This document shows positions 13,047 to 25,630 of a stretch of 64,000 nt of DNA, piece by piece. The position numbers were made by a program, and so were the translations under genes. The stretch lies in NCBI RefSeq assembly GCF_018350175.1, contig NC_058368.1, positions 42,100,001 through 42,164,000 on the forward strand, given 5' to 3'. The stretch comes from Felis catus (lineage: Eukaryota). How positions within the stretch are numbered: position 1 is the first letter of the stretch; every line of letters starts with the position of its first letter. Under the pieces are notes generated by a model, which saw only the letters and a list, made by a program, of their open reading frames with translations, was not told the DNA's origin and made no database searches.

Positions 13047-13235
13047 AATGTGTTTCTGTGCATCATGTGAAGAGAACTCAACTTTCTTTAAAATTTGAAA
13101 GAGGCAACATGGAAAGATCACACAAGTCAAAACCAGACCTGAAGATGATAAGATGTATTGTGAGAATTCAGGAAATGGATTTTGAGCTGTAATAAGGAAG
13201 TAGAGTTGGGCTAAAGAAGGCTTGATAAAAAATTT

Positions 13236-13410
13236 TTAGGTTGTGATCTCACAGTCGTGGGTTTGAGCCCCAGGTCCGGCTCTGTGTTGACAGCTCAGAG
13301 CCTGGAGCCTACTTCGGATTCTGTTTCCCTCTCTCTCTTCTCTTCCCCCACTTGTGTGCACACGCATGCACACTCTCTCTCTTTCAAAAATAAATGAACA
13401 TTAAAAAAAA
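13236..13410 (+). mobile_element. Can-SINE, 5'-truncated
   Basis: Starts at aggttgtgatctcacag (A-box region missing); body, CT tract, aataaa and A tail present. Confidence 0.9.
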
Positions 13411-13519
13411 GCATACATATACAGAGAGTAAGAAAAATGGAGAAGTATAGGAATCTCTTTAAAGCACAACATTAGGATGAAGATTCAAGAGTTCTTACTA
13501 CTCTAGTCCCTACAGGTAC

Positions 13520-13690
13520 ATTTAAGTCACTATGTCTCTCATGGTTATGAGAATATACTCCCATCCCTGTGAATGCCAGCTGTTTCAAAGGCTTTGGTGG
13601 GATTCCTGTTCCACTTACTCCCAAAATTATCTCAAAATAACCTTGCAATATTTGAGGTAGCTTGAATTAGTCTTTTTCCCCCTCCTACAT
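13520..13690 (+). mobile_element. Ancient ERVL/MaLR LTR 3' fragment
   Basis: ...aataaccttgcaatatttgaggtagcttgaattagtctttttcc resembles old LTR 3' ends. Confidence 0.3.
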
Positions 13691-14307
13691 AGCAAAGACC
13701 CCAAATATAGCACTATTCATGTTAGTATTTGATTTCTACAACAATTCTTGGGTGTAGTATGAGTTACATAAATGCTTAGACAACGAAAGTGTCTTGAACA
13801 AATGTAGTCAAATTTCTTGAAGTCAGCCAACCCGTCTTTTCGACTCCTTGTGCATCTCAAGTATATTCACTAAGAGCAAGAAGCTTCTCACATATCAGCC
13901 CCACTTGTTCACCTCTTTTCTCACAGATCTTTAGGTATACTGACTTTTTTAACCCAAGAGTTTCAATAACATAATTATTTACACATTAAATTTACAATCT
14001 CTTTCTCTTTCAAATATAGTAAAAGAGGGTAGGTAGTTCAGTGTTTTCCTTTAGTCATCTGCCTAATAATGAAATTTAAGCCTTTGTTGCTCATTGTCTA
14101 CCTTTTACTCTATGCTCTATTTCTCAAAAAATAAAACTATGAAGAGATTTGTTGAAATTCCTAACAGAGGGAAAAAATCAGTAGAATATACTACAAAATT
14201 TTGAGTTTTAACCATGAAAAAACAAAAGCCTAATAAAAATAGATTACACTTTTATAGGTAATATTCTACTCTGTGTATGTTAAGGATATAGATATAGAAA
14301 GAAAAAT

Positions 14308-14466
14308 GGGGGTGCCTTAGTGGTTCAGTTGGTTAAGTGTCTGACTCTTGATTTTGGCTCAGTCATGATCTCATGGTTCATGAGATCGAGCCCTGCATCA
14401 GGCTCTGTGCTGACAGCATGGAGCCTGCTTGGAATTCTCTCTCCCTTTCTCTCTGCTCCTCCCTCA

Positions 14467-14510
<44 letters not shown>

Positions 14511-14570
14511 AACAAAACAAAACAAAACAAAACAAACAAAAAAACCCAAAGAACAAAACCCTTAAAAAAA
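14308..14570 (+). mobile_element. Can-SINE with long (CT)n and (AAAAC)n tail
   Basis: gggggtgccttagtggttcagttggttaag head, body, CT tract, A-rich tail. Confidence 0.95.
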
Positions 14571-14844
14571 TACAAATAAGAATTTATATATGACAGGTAG
14601 AGCCAAATTATTCCCTTCCTCTCTCTCCTCTCCCTCATCTTACCTTTTTTCTTTTTCTTCTAAAAATGTGATTAATGTAGAAAATTAATTTTAACTGAGT
14701 ACAAAAGGAAAAGCATCCCCATGGTTCATTTTTCCAATAAGGTAACAATATTGGAAACATCACTTTATAACTTAAAGAATTTTAAGGCCTTATATCATCT
14801 AGGAGACTATAAAATCACTAGTAGTTGGTCTTTAAAACACTCCT

Positions 14845-15720
14845 AGAAGAGTCTCAGTGTCAAAGAACTCATTATTTTGAGGCAGACATTTTATGTACTG
14901 ATGACTATGAGTAAATTTATTTTTGTACATTAATTCAAAAATATTCCTCTCTGTGGAGCACCTGGTGGCTTAGTCGGTTAAGTATCTGACTTCGACTGAG
15001 GTGATGATCTCACAGCTCATGAGTTCAAGCCCCACATCAGACTCTGCTGTCAGTGCAGGGCCCACTTCAGATCCTCTCTCCTCCTCGCTCTTTGCCCCTC
15101 CCCCCATGCTCACTCTCTCTCTCTTTCCCTCTCTCTCTCTCTCCAAAATAAATAAACATTAAAAAAAAAAAACTATGTTTCTCTGTAATTCCTACTTGAT
15201 CATTCAGAATAATACAAAAATAAACCTAATTCCCTTTTTCACATGATAAATCCTTAAATGTAAAAGAATTGTTATACTCTTCCTAAAGCATCTCAGTCTG
15301 GGTAACTATCCTTCAACATTATATGATATACATACAATTCACTATTTTAATTATATTGTTCAATAACTCTAATTTTTTACAATTACTTTTATTTTAGGGC
15401 AACAATGCTATACTGCTAAATTCCTCTGTACACTGGAGTTGCCAAATAACTGTTTGTTCTTAAACCATATTCTCATCTTTCTGGGGCCTGTGAATTATGT
15501 AGATATGCCAATTAATAAAACCTAGAAGCTTCATTAAGGATATTTTGTTTGCTTTTAATTTTCATATTTTCTCTTCTGTCTCTGTCTCTTTGTCTCTTTC
15601 ATCATGCTATATTGCTATTCCTTAGGAGATAATAGTTAATTTAATTCTCCAGGTTCAATACTCTCCAAACTAGATCTCGCCCCTTCCTAATTTGTGCAAC
15701 TGATTCTTTAATTTGGTACT
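14845..15720 (-). mobile_element. L3/CR1 LINE 3' fragment, interrupted by a SINE
   Basis: aactcattattttgaggcag...cctctctgt[SINE]aattcctac...aaacctaattccctttttcacatgataaatccttaaat matches the antisense CR1 3' end; right boundary uncertain. Confidence 0.5.
14955..15172 (+). mobile_element. Can-SINE
   Basis: Full head, body and tail; TSD tattcctctctgt / tatgtttctctgt. Confidence 0.95.
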
Positions 15721-15789
15721 TTTACATTTGTCTTGTTAAGATTTCTTTTGATTCTTCCTTCAATATATAAATCATCAATCTTTAGACTA

Positions 15790-16062
15790 AGTAAATAAGT
15801 ATCATTGGAGGGGAACTTCTTAAACTTGATAAAGACTATCTACAAAAAAAATCCCTAAAGTTAACATCATACTCAATGGTGAGAAACTCAAAGATTTCTC
15901 GCTATGATCAGGTACAAGGCAAGGATGTCCCTCTCACTACTCCTTTGCCAGGTCATACTGGAAGTCCTTCCTAACGCAACAAGGCAAGAAAAGATAATAA
16001 GGGTATACCCATTGGAAAGGACGAAGTAAAACTGTCTTTGTTCACGGATGACATCATCATCA
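15790..16062 (+). mobile_element. Old L1 (L1M-type) ORF2 reverse-transcriptase fragment
   Basis: aacatcatactcaatggtgagaaact, caggtacaaggcaaggatgtcc (GTRQGCP), ctttgttcacggatgac (FTDD for F/YADD). Confidence 0.9.
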
Positions 16063-16174
16063 ATTACCACTTATTTGTTGATGATTTGTGTTGTATCTTC
16101 AGTGTAGATATCTCCTCTGAACCTTGAACCTAGAAATTTGGCTTTTTATAGCATTGAGTATCTATGCCATATTT

Positions 16175-17075
16175 ACTTGAATGTCTTAGAAATCTCTAAT
16201 AGCCAACATATCTATAAGTAGGCTCAACATCTTATTCTCAAACCTGTTGTTCTTCTTGTGTTCCTTTGATGAGTGAATTAAGATAGTATCATACTCTTCC
16301 CAGTCATGTGATACCCAAATTGGATCTCTGCTGGATATCTTTAGTCCTCCATTTCTTTTTGGCTCAAAACTTATCACAAATTCCCCTTGGATCAGGCTGT
16401 CATCATTACATTCCAGTGTTAGTACAATAGACAATCAAGGGCACTCCTTACTTTTATTCGTGTGTGTGTGTGTGTATGCTACTAAGCATGCATTTTTTTT
16501 AAAAAGTTCACCATTATTCTGCTTCCAGTAACATTTCCATAAAATGAAAATCAATTTGTTACTTCTCTGTTTAACAATCTTCAAAACTTCCTTTTAGCTT
16601 CAGTAGACAGTCCAAACTTTTTAGAATATATGACATGCTTCTAGGGACTGTTTCAGTCTTTATTTTCAGCTGCCTTTATTTCCAACCTCTGCACTCTTTT
16701 CTTCCTGTCACTGAACAAATTGCTATTTATCCTAGTTACCAACTTACATTGCTATCGTTGCTCCTTCTGCTTGGGAAAACTCTTTCAAATACCTACTAGG
16801 TCAATGTTGCTTGGTTAACTCCTATTCTTTTCTCAGTCCATGAAGACTTTCTTGAGATTTCTTGACATTTTATGCACTGACTGTCCTTTGTGCTAACCAA
16901 AATTTTAGAACTTATCACAATGTGCTAAACAGTGAGTCAGACTTTCTGCTTGTCTGACTTGCCAAGCAGACTGGATTATTTAAGAGCCCAAAACACAGCA
17001 TCTTATTCCATCTTAGTCCCTATAACTTCAAAGACTACAGAATACCTATGTTTAAGAAAAGTTTTCTGAATGACT
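16175..17075 (+). mobile_element. L2 3' region
   Basis: caacatatcta...aaaatgaaaatcaatttgttacttctctgtttaacaatcttca...gttgctccttctgcttggga...tttctgaatgact. Confidence 0.65.
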
Positions 17076-17339
17076 GTCAAGCCATTGCTTTGTGTTCATT
17101 TCATTTTTAAATACATTTCACCAACTACAGTGGACCTGTTGCCACTGTTGGACATTATGCATTTTCTACAGATTTATGGTTTTTAGTATATTCTGAAACT
17201 TCTAATTATTTAACTATTTAATTCTAATGACAATATCTTATATCTTTATATATATATAGTCAAAGAATGGATAAATATAATTCCAAAGAGGGAATTGTGA
17301 TTCAATAACTCCAAAGAGGGAGTTTAATTGTGATTCAAT

Positions 17340-17660
17340 AAAAATCCTTAGGCTTAGAAAAGGATCTTTCCAAGAGAATAGCCAGTTTTTTTTCCAAGTC
17401 TATGCAGGAGGAAATGGTAGTAATCAAAGAATAAACCTTCATTAGAGGTTTTAATTTATTTCCAATAAAAAGCTTTAGAAACTAAAATAACCTGCTAAGG
17501 AAGTTTACGGAATTTCTTCTGTACAAGCATGACAGCTATATATAGGATTGCTATTGAAGTCAGACAGTTTGTATCCAATTTGTGTCTGAATATGGTTCTA
17601 GTGAAAACAGAGAAGATAGCTTTTTAGGGTTATTTTTAGCCTTTTACATTTTGAATCCAC
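17340..17660 (+). mobile_element. Possible CR1/L3 3' fragment
   Basis: aataacctgctaaggaagtttacggaatttcttc and gttatttttagccttttacattttga resemble the CR1 3' end. Confidence 0.3.
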
Positions 17661-19371
17661 CTTATTTTATTTATGATCATGAAATTCTTGAATAGTATGC
17701 CCAGATAATACTCCATATTGTTTCATTAGCCTAATAAAATAAAACCTTGTGTTTCCTATACAAGAGAAATGTAAATTATCTGTACAATATTAAGTTTATA
17801 AATGTGTTTTCTAAGACACAACATGATGGATTATAGTCCCACTGAACATTCAATATGAGTTCTTGCATGGAAAGGAAAAGGAAATTCACTTTGAACTGCA
17901 TTGAGATAAACATATCTCATAAGTGAATCAAGTTTCAATAATTCACAAGCAGTAAAACCCAAAGTAAGTCAAAGGAAATATATTATAAGTGCCATAGCCC
18001 AAATCCAAACTAGTATTATCATAATATTAAATTATATGTCCTATTTATCAATAGATTTCTCTTCCACACCTTTCTGGAAAACACAGTTTGAAATATCTCA
18101 TATCAATATTCAATAAAAGTGTATATTTTATATCATTAAATATAGACTCTGCTATATTTCTTAAAGCATTTGATGTTGCTTTATTATCTTTTGCGAACCA
18201 TAAAAATGTCACCATATGTGGATGGCTATAAGCACTAGTGTACTTCTCTTGAAAAGTCAAAATATTTTTGGAAAAATTTTTTTCTCATTTATTTTCTTTC
18301 TTACATCTAAGATTCTTTTTGATTTGAAAATAAAATGCAATCTTCAACTTTTAGGCAATATTTTTAAAATTCAACCTGCTATTATCATCTGTGATGTAAT
18401 ATAAAATTTAATGTCTACACTGATCTGGCTTAAATAATATCTAGATGTTTGCATATAGGCCAAATTTGGGAAATAATTTAAAGTTATTCAATTATTAGCT
18501 TCTATTTGAGGTAAGAGAGAAAAATTTCACCACCCTAAGGCAAAACTAATGGAGCATTAAAAAAATTTATTTTTCAAAGTCATTAAAGTCAAATTTCTAA
18601 ATCCTAAATATCTAACAAATACCTTCATTGTTTTCTTTCCATTTTAGACCTAAATAAGGATTGATAGTTTATTTCTGCCAAATTGCCATGTTTCCAAATT
18701 TTGTTAACATAAAACTAATCGAGTTCTTGAATTTAGACAGGCTTATTTGACAAATAGCATTTTTATTTGTATAAGGATAAGTATATGAAAATTAGCCCAA
18801 GAGTTTTAATTGATCCACAAACTTCAAAATCTTCCAAGAGATGCAGTTTACGAGAGAAACTTTATGATACGTATTAATTGTTGATATTTTACCTACTCAG
18901 TTCTTGAAGCTCACATCACCTCACTTTATTTAGCTCATCTCACCTCAGTATGGATATGTGTGATATTTACAATCTCTGATACTAAAATGGAAATTTACAA
19001 TTTAAGCATATATGTATATATTTTACTAAAATTAAATATTTTAACAGAAACAAGTGTTGGTTACACCATCAAGAACACAAATAAAGCCTTATAGGTCATG
19101 ATGTAGACCAAGTACTATTACAGATTTGAGACCTGGTTCTATGGCTTTGAAAATCTAACCTTGAAAATCCTCTGCATATAATTTTATAAACTTAGTCATC
19201 AGGGAGTGTTTTCATTCACATAATTGTCCTATTGAGGATATTTCCACCTCTCACAATGTCCCTTTAACTCTGACATCAATAGGACAGAAACTTAGAACTC
19301 TTCCTTACAGTTCTATCAGGTGTGGCCACAGATTATTTCTTTCATGTTTTTAAATTTAAAAAGTGCTACTC

Positions 19372-19582
19372 GGGGCGCCTGGGTGGCGCAGTCAGTTAAG
19401 CGTCCGACTTCAGCCAGGTCACGATCTCGCGGTCCGTGAGTTCGAGCCCCGCGTTGGGCTCTGGGCTGATGGCTCAGAGCCTGGAGCCTGTTTCCGATTC
19501 TGTGGCTCCCTCTCTCTCTGCCCCTCCCCTGTTCATGCTCTGTCTCTCTCTGTCCCAAAAATAAATAAACGTTGGAAAAAAA
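19372..19582 (+). mobile_element. Young feline SINE (SINEC_Fc-like)
   Basis: CpG-rich, close to the recalled cat consensus; perfect 14-bp TSD aaaaagtgctactc at 19358-19371 and 19583-19596. Confidence 0.97.
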
Positions 19583-20172
19583 AAAAAGTGCTACTCAATC
19601 ACCTTTAGTTAATTGTTTAGATCACCTTCCTCCACACTAATCAATTTTGATGAATATATTTATTAGTCTTGTAATTAAAAACATACAATCTACAAAACTG
19701 ATGCCAAGAATTCATTCCCCAAATTAGCAGGTATAAGCTATTGAATATGTGCTCAAATACCACAAATTAACAATCAAGGCAGATAAGTTCAATTCTCTAT
19801 TCAGAGCTCAACAAATTTCTGTGGCAAATATTTATAGGTGTATTGTATTCCAATCTTTCTCAGTGTATATTAAGATTAAGGATACTTTTATAGAGAGAAA
19901 AAGGTATCAAAGTGGCCTTTTTTAAATAGCATTAACATTCTGAAGGCCTCACAGCTGTCAAGCCAACTTGTAGGTATGCTTATAGTATTAAGAACATCAT
20001 TATAATAATGACTATTGGAGATTATACTTTGAAAATTTTCATGATAGCAACATTTTTTATTTTTATTCATATTTTATATTATCTCAGTAATCACCTAACC
20101 GGGCTATTATAAAATCACAGTGCGACAAACAAATAACAAATCAGCTTACTTGTACAATTCCGGCAATATAAC

Positions 20173-20968
20173 TGTGTAGTCAACAATTTAGCCTTACCCA
20201 ATGAGAAGTCTGACCTTTTCCCTTGGTTTCTGGAAGGTAATCTATGTCATACCTGATATGATTGACTTTGTTTAGGGCAGAGGCTGACTACATCAGGTAT
20301 TGTGGTGATGCTAGTCATACCCCAAACACCGTAGGGAGTGGGTTGGCCGGGCCACAAAACACCAACCATGTGATTTAGGGTGAGCCACATGGTATCAGTT
20401 AACATGGTGACTAAGTCAACCACATGGGCAATCAGTGAATCAATCAATGAGACGTATGTAATGAGACATCAGTAAAAACTCTGTACATCAGAGCTTTAAG
20501 GTGAGCTCTTCAGGTCGGCAGTACTCCCTGAATTTTGGCCTACATCAATGACAGGAAGATAACACATTCCAACCACATTGGAAGCTTTGCATTTGGTACC
20601 TTCCCAGACTTGGCCCTTTGACTCTCCTTCTCAGGCTGGTTTAACATTCATCGTTTCCCTATAATAAACTGAACCATGAGGGGCACCTGGCTGGCTCAGT
20701 CGGTAAAGTAGGCAACTTGATCTTGAGATTGTAAGTTTGAGCCCCACGTTGGATGTGGAGATTACATACAAATAAAATCTTAAAAACAAACAAACAAACA
20801 AACAAACAAAAAACAACTGTAACCATGAGGATAATAGCTTCCATTGAGTTCTGTAAATTCTCCAGTGAATTATTGTACCTGAGAGCGGTTTTACGAAACC
20901 CCAAAATTGCAAGTGGCGTCAGAATTGAAGGCAGTCTCGGGGACTGCCTTTTCTGTTTGGCAGTTTTC
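20173..20968 (+). mobile_element. Solo ERVL LTR, MER77/MER21 group, interrupted by a short SINE
   Basis: aatttagccttacccaatgagaagtctgacc, ccaaccatgtgatttagggt, aatcaatcaat...gtaatgagac, ataataaactg, gagttctgt...agtgaattatt, gtcagaa. Confidence 0.75.
20680..20814 (+). mobile_element. Short CT-less Can-SINE variant
   Basis: tRNA-like head then gagattacatacaaataaaatcttaaaa and (AAAC)n; TSD aactg(t)aaccatga at 20667-20679 and 20815-20828. Confidence 0.9.
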
Positions 20969-21079
20969 AATCCTCTACCATACTACTAGTGTATACTAGA
21001 CATCAGTTTTAGTTGATATCTCTACCCCTGCTTAGTTGCAAATTTTTGAAAAATATTTAAAATATGTAACTGGTAAAAT

Positions 21080-21297
21080 AAATAGTAGTTTTACGTATCG
21101 AGTGCTAACTATACGGTAGGCTCTGTACATGTATTAAAAACCGCTTTATCTTATCGGTCTGTGAAACAGATATTGTTATGTCTGTTTCCAGAGAGGAAGA
21201 GAAATGAATAGCTTGTCTAAGACTCAACACCTACTGTGTGGCAAAGCCAGAATTCAAAACCAGCTCAATTTCAAATCCCACATTCTGAATGACTATC
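21080..21297 (-). mobile_element. MIR
   Basis: tatcgagtgctaactatacggtaggctctg...cttgtctaagactca...gtggcaaagccagaattcaaaacc. Confidence 0.7.
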
Positions 21298-22231
21298 AAA
21301 TGCAGCCTTTCCTTGTTAACACAGCTCCCAAACCTATTTTGAGGCTGAGTTGATTAAGTCTGAAATATCTTAAGGCTAAAAGCGTATGCAATTTTGATTA
21401 ACATGATTAGCTAAAATACAAGGAATAGCTGGTGAAGACACATAAATATAGTGCTGGACACTTTTGGTGAACCCAAAATATACAGTTGTTCATTGCAAAA
21501 TTATATCTACAACAGATTGTGCTACTGACTTCTCAAAGTTTCAAGAGTATCAGCTAATTAGGGCAGCTGTGAAATCTCAGGCTGATTTTACTACTTTCAT
21601 TTGACACAACATGCTGCCAAGATGCTCCCAAATATAATGTGAAGTTTAACTATCAAACACTTGCAAAATCTTATGTAACTAAAGCTCATTGTATTAGGAC
21701 TAGGGAGGTTTCTAACTATTAAAATAGGGAGAGATTTGTGAGATATCAGAAAATGTCTCATAAACCAAAGACTGGGTACACTTTGTGCACAAACCCAAGG
21801 TCATCTGGTATCACATACATTTACAAACATTTAGATATGCACATAACTGTATATGTATAGAAACGTGGGACGTAGGCAAACCTAACTGAAGAGAACCACA
21901 AATATTCTTGTCCAGGCACATATAGGAATTATATAGGCATGACGGAAACTGATAGAAAAACCAATAAATCTGAAGTCAGAATTTCATGAATTTTAATCTG
22001 AAGTTTGTCTCTATATGATTTTGCTCATCTCCTCACGCAGTAATTGTAAGAATTTAATGAAACATAATGTGTTTGAAAATGTTCCTTATACATGTTGAAA
22101 CATTATAGTTGTTCAATAAAACTTAGTTGAGGATATTAAGCTTTTGATTCATATATTATATTAATTATATGTGCTATTAGAGTTTAATATATTTATAATA
22201 TTTATTTTCTTACAGTCAGAACTTTGGAGTT

Positions 22232-22653
22232 TGTTATGGCATGAATTATATATTCCCCTAAAATTCATACTCTCGAGCCCAAATACACAGGATTTCAGAA
22301 TGTGGCTGTATCTGAAAAGAGGGTCTTTAAGATGTAATTACAGTAAAATGAAGCTGACAGGGTGGGCTCCAATCCAGTTTGACTGGTGTCTTATAAGAAA
22401 AGGAAATTTGGACACACAGAGAGACAGGGATGTGCACTCACAGAGAAAAGACCATGTGAAGACACCATAAGGCAACAATTTGCAAGCCAAGGAAAGAGGC
22501 TTCAGAAGAAACCAAACCTGCCAATACCTTGATCTTGAACTTCCAACATCCAGAACCGTGAAAAAATAAATTTCTCTTGTTTAAGACATCTAGTCTTGTT
22601 TTGTATTTTGTTATGGTGGTATTTTGTTTTGGCAGCCCTAGCAAACTAATATT
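22232..22653 (+). mobile_element. Solo MaLR LTR, MLT1B-like
   Basis: tgttatgg start, gggtgggctccaatccagtttgactggtgtcttataagaa, gcaagccaaggaaagaggc, aataaatttc, ggcagccctagcaaactaata end. Confidence 0.9.
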
Positions 22654-23335
22654 GTCTTCTAATTAAAAAAAAAAAAACAGTTTCAGATTAACATTTAATT
22701 GGCAGTACAAATGCTTGTTCAGACATTGAAAACTGGTCACTACTACAATAGTTTTCAACGCATGAATCACAGCATGCGAGTAAGTAGCTCTATTCTCTTT
22801 AACTTGAAGATGCTTATGAGTCTCACTTCTAGCTGTGCTCACAGAGCTCCCATTTCTGAAACTTACACTTCCAATACATCTACCTGAATCTAATCTGTCA
22901 CGCAGAAACCAGCTCACTCCATAAAGATGTAACCAATGATTCAAGCCCCCAGAGATCCTTCCCCGGAATTGACCCTTACCTTTTTTATCTGGTAACCTTT
23001 CAGAATCATTTGCCTTACTTATAAAGCAATATAAAATGTAATTTCCTGAGAGAAAAAAGCATGGGAGCCTATAGTTTGGGTATTTTACACAAGCGCCAGG
23101 AGAATGCATTCCATAAAATAAGCATGAAAATGATGTTGAATTAATGGATAATTTTAATAAAATATTAACAGGTGACAATTATTATACAATATTTTTATTT
23201 TGCATTCATTCATCAAATGATAGCTGTTTTATACAGGTTGCAGTAACCAATTAAAAATATTATATAATAAGATTAGATATTAGATAATAATAAGAAATAT
23301 TCTTATTTCTTTTTGTCATATAAAAACACACATTT

Positions 23336-23559
23336 GGGGCACTTTGGTGGTTTAGTCAGTTAAGCGTCTGACTTCAGTTCAGCTCATGATCTCACGATTC
23401 TTGGGTTTGAGCCCCACATCAGGCTGTGTGCTGACAGCTGAGAGCCTGGAGCCTGCTTCAGATTCTGTGTGTGTCTCTCTCTCTGCCCCTCCCCTGCTCG
23501 TACATATTCTCGCTCTCTCTCTCTCTCTCTCTCTCTCAAAAATAAAATAAACATTAAAA
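23336..23559 (+). mobile_element. Can-SINE
   Basis: Full head, body, (CT)n and tail. Confidence 0.95.
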
Positions 23560-23694
23560 CATGTTGGTTTTGTCTGGTTTCCTTTAATGTCATTACCATA
23601 GTGATTCAAGATGGATACATTTAGTGGTTCTTGAAGCTTTGTCAGATATCTCATTCAGAATCTCATCAAAAGCTATAGATTTTCTCACTTCAAA

Positions 23695-23696
<2 letters not shown>

Positions 23697-23729
<33 letters not shown>
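23697..23729 (+). repeat. (CA)n microsatellite
   Basis: Direct read. Confidence 0.95.
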
Positions 23730-23731
<2 letters not shown>

Positions 23732-24485
23732 CTCTGCAATCAGTGTCAGAAGTTCACAGATTCCTCAAAATTCATGTCTATGATCACCATCTTAAACACA
23801 CTTAGAGTGATTAATAGGCTATTATCATGGAGATCACTAGGTTTTTGTAGGAAAGCGATATGTGAAAATGGTCAAGTTTTCATTTAATGAAAGTATACTC
23901 ACTGCTTAAGTGAGGAGTATACTCACTGCTTAAGAAGGATCTATGCAGTGATCCTTCATGGTAAATGAAGGATCTTGAAACCTTCATGGTGGTGCACAAA
24001 TAACTTGGAAGAGCACCATGAAATTTGCCAAAGTCATAACAGGACATCTATTGCAATTAAGTAATTCAATAGATATCATTTTATCATGTTCCATTTCATT
24101 GTTTTAACCAGACAGGTTATTTTATTGTACTTTTATTGAATTATTTCGTAAAACAAATCTTTTGTAAGGAAACAAAAACAAGTGAAGTCACAAGATACAA
24201 CTTAAACATGTGTAAGACATGTGCCTGCTTTTGAAGTAGCTTAAAGTCCACTTAGGAAAATAGACACGTCCACAATAAAATGGAACACAAAGATGCAAAA
24301 GAGAAAGGAAAGATGAAGTGCTATGTTCACAGACAGCCAGCCCAAAGGTGTCAAACAAGATTACTGCTTTACCCCTGTTCATTTGAAACCCTCTCTCGGC
24401 ACTGTGACTAGAAGTAGAGAGTTAACTCTGGGTAGTGGAATTCTGATGCTTGTGCCTGAAATTCCTAAGCTGTAAAACATTTTTT

Positions 24486-24588
24486 TTAATATTTGTTTAT
24501 TTTTGAGAGGGAGAGTGTGTGAGCAGGACAGACACAGAGGGAGACAGAGGATCCAAAGCAGGCTCCGTACTATCAGCACAGAGCCCGA
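24486..24588 (-). mobile_element. Can-SINE, 5'-truncated, with TSD
   Basis: 3' half only; TSD ctgtaaaacatttttt (24470-24485) / ctataaaacatttttt (24589-24604). Confidence 0.9.
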
Positions 24589-25384
24589 CTATAAAACATT
24601 TTTTAAACAGTTATCAATTCTTAGGAGTCATAATTATTATTTTCATAATAATCCATTTATAGTCCCTGAAAGATACTTTATGCCTCTATGAAGACTAAAT
24701 GGGCCTGAAAGAACAAAAATTCTTATTGTATTTATGAAATAACTAAGCAATTTATATATTTAGATCAAATGCTCAAAACTATGAAGATGGTATCCAAAGC
24801 ATGACTTTGAAGTAAAAGTTAATCAGGAATATCAGTGAATTACCATTTTTAGAGAAGCCCAAAACTAAATGAAAAGCATACAACCACTGTCCAAATTAAA
24901 CATTATGATTGTGTTAGTCTTTCAACATCCATCACCCCCAATACATGTCCATACGAGAAAATACACTCCCCAAACTTGGTTAATTACACATAAAGTCAAG
25001 TGTGTCATTGCTTTACTTTCTGTAGTAAACAAATGCTATATAATAAAATGAATCTTTATTATGTTGTTCCCTCCATACTCCGTACCATACCCCACACACA
25101 AAAAAAGAAAAAAATCCAGATATAAAGAATCACGTTCAGTTCAATGTTATTCTTCCAAGGTAACAGTTTTAGACTGAAAGAAAATATAGCTCTTAGTCCC
25201 AATCAGACCACCAATCTATTGACTTTCATAATCTGATATCTCAAATTTATCAGTTCTGGCATTTACTAGCTACTTCCTCACCTATAGAAATAAAGAGATC
25301 GTCTGTAAATATCTTAGAAAAGTTTCTTGTTTCTTTGCACGTTCTCTTTTGTTTTATTCATGTTTTCCCTACATTCAATTGTAT

Positions 25385-25630
25385 ACAATGAGCATATACT
25401 CCAGAGTCAGAGTGTCTAGATCCAAATTCCGGCTCCATGACTTCTTAGTTATAAAACTGTAAATAATTTATTTTTTCTTTCCGTATCTCAGTTTTTCTGT
25501 ATCTCAGTTTCCTCAGAGAATGACAGTAACAGTATCTGACTCCTAAAGATGATGTGAAGATCAAGAGTTAACCCTCAGCAATTAGAATAACGCTCCACAT
25601 TTAATGAAGATGAAGTAACTGTTAACTCTG
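25385..25630 (+). mobile_element. MIR
   Basis: gagcatatactccagagtcagagtgtctagatccaaattccggctcca...tctcagtttcctca...gatgtgaagatcaa. Confidence 0.75.

Noticed and set aside
20680..20760. tRNA gene
   Set aside because: tRNA-derived head of a short SINE with an A-rich tail and TSD.
23892..23934. CRISPR-like direct repeats (also at 56556-56606)
   Set aside because: Only two copies, 5-9 bp spacers, mammalian context, no cas genes.
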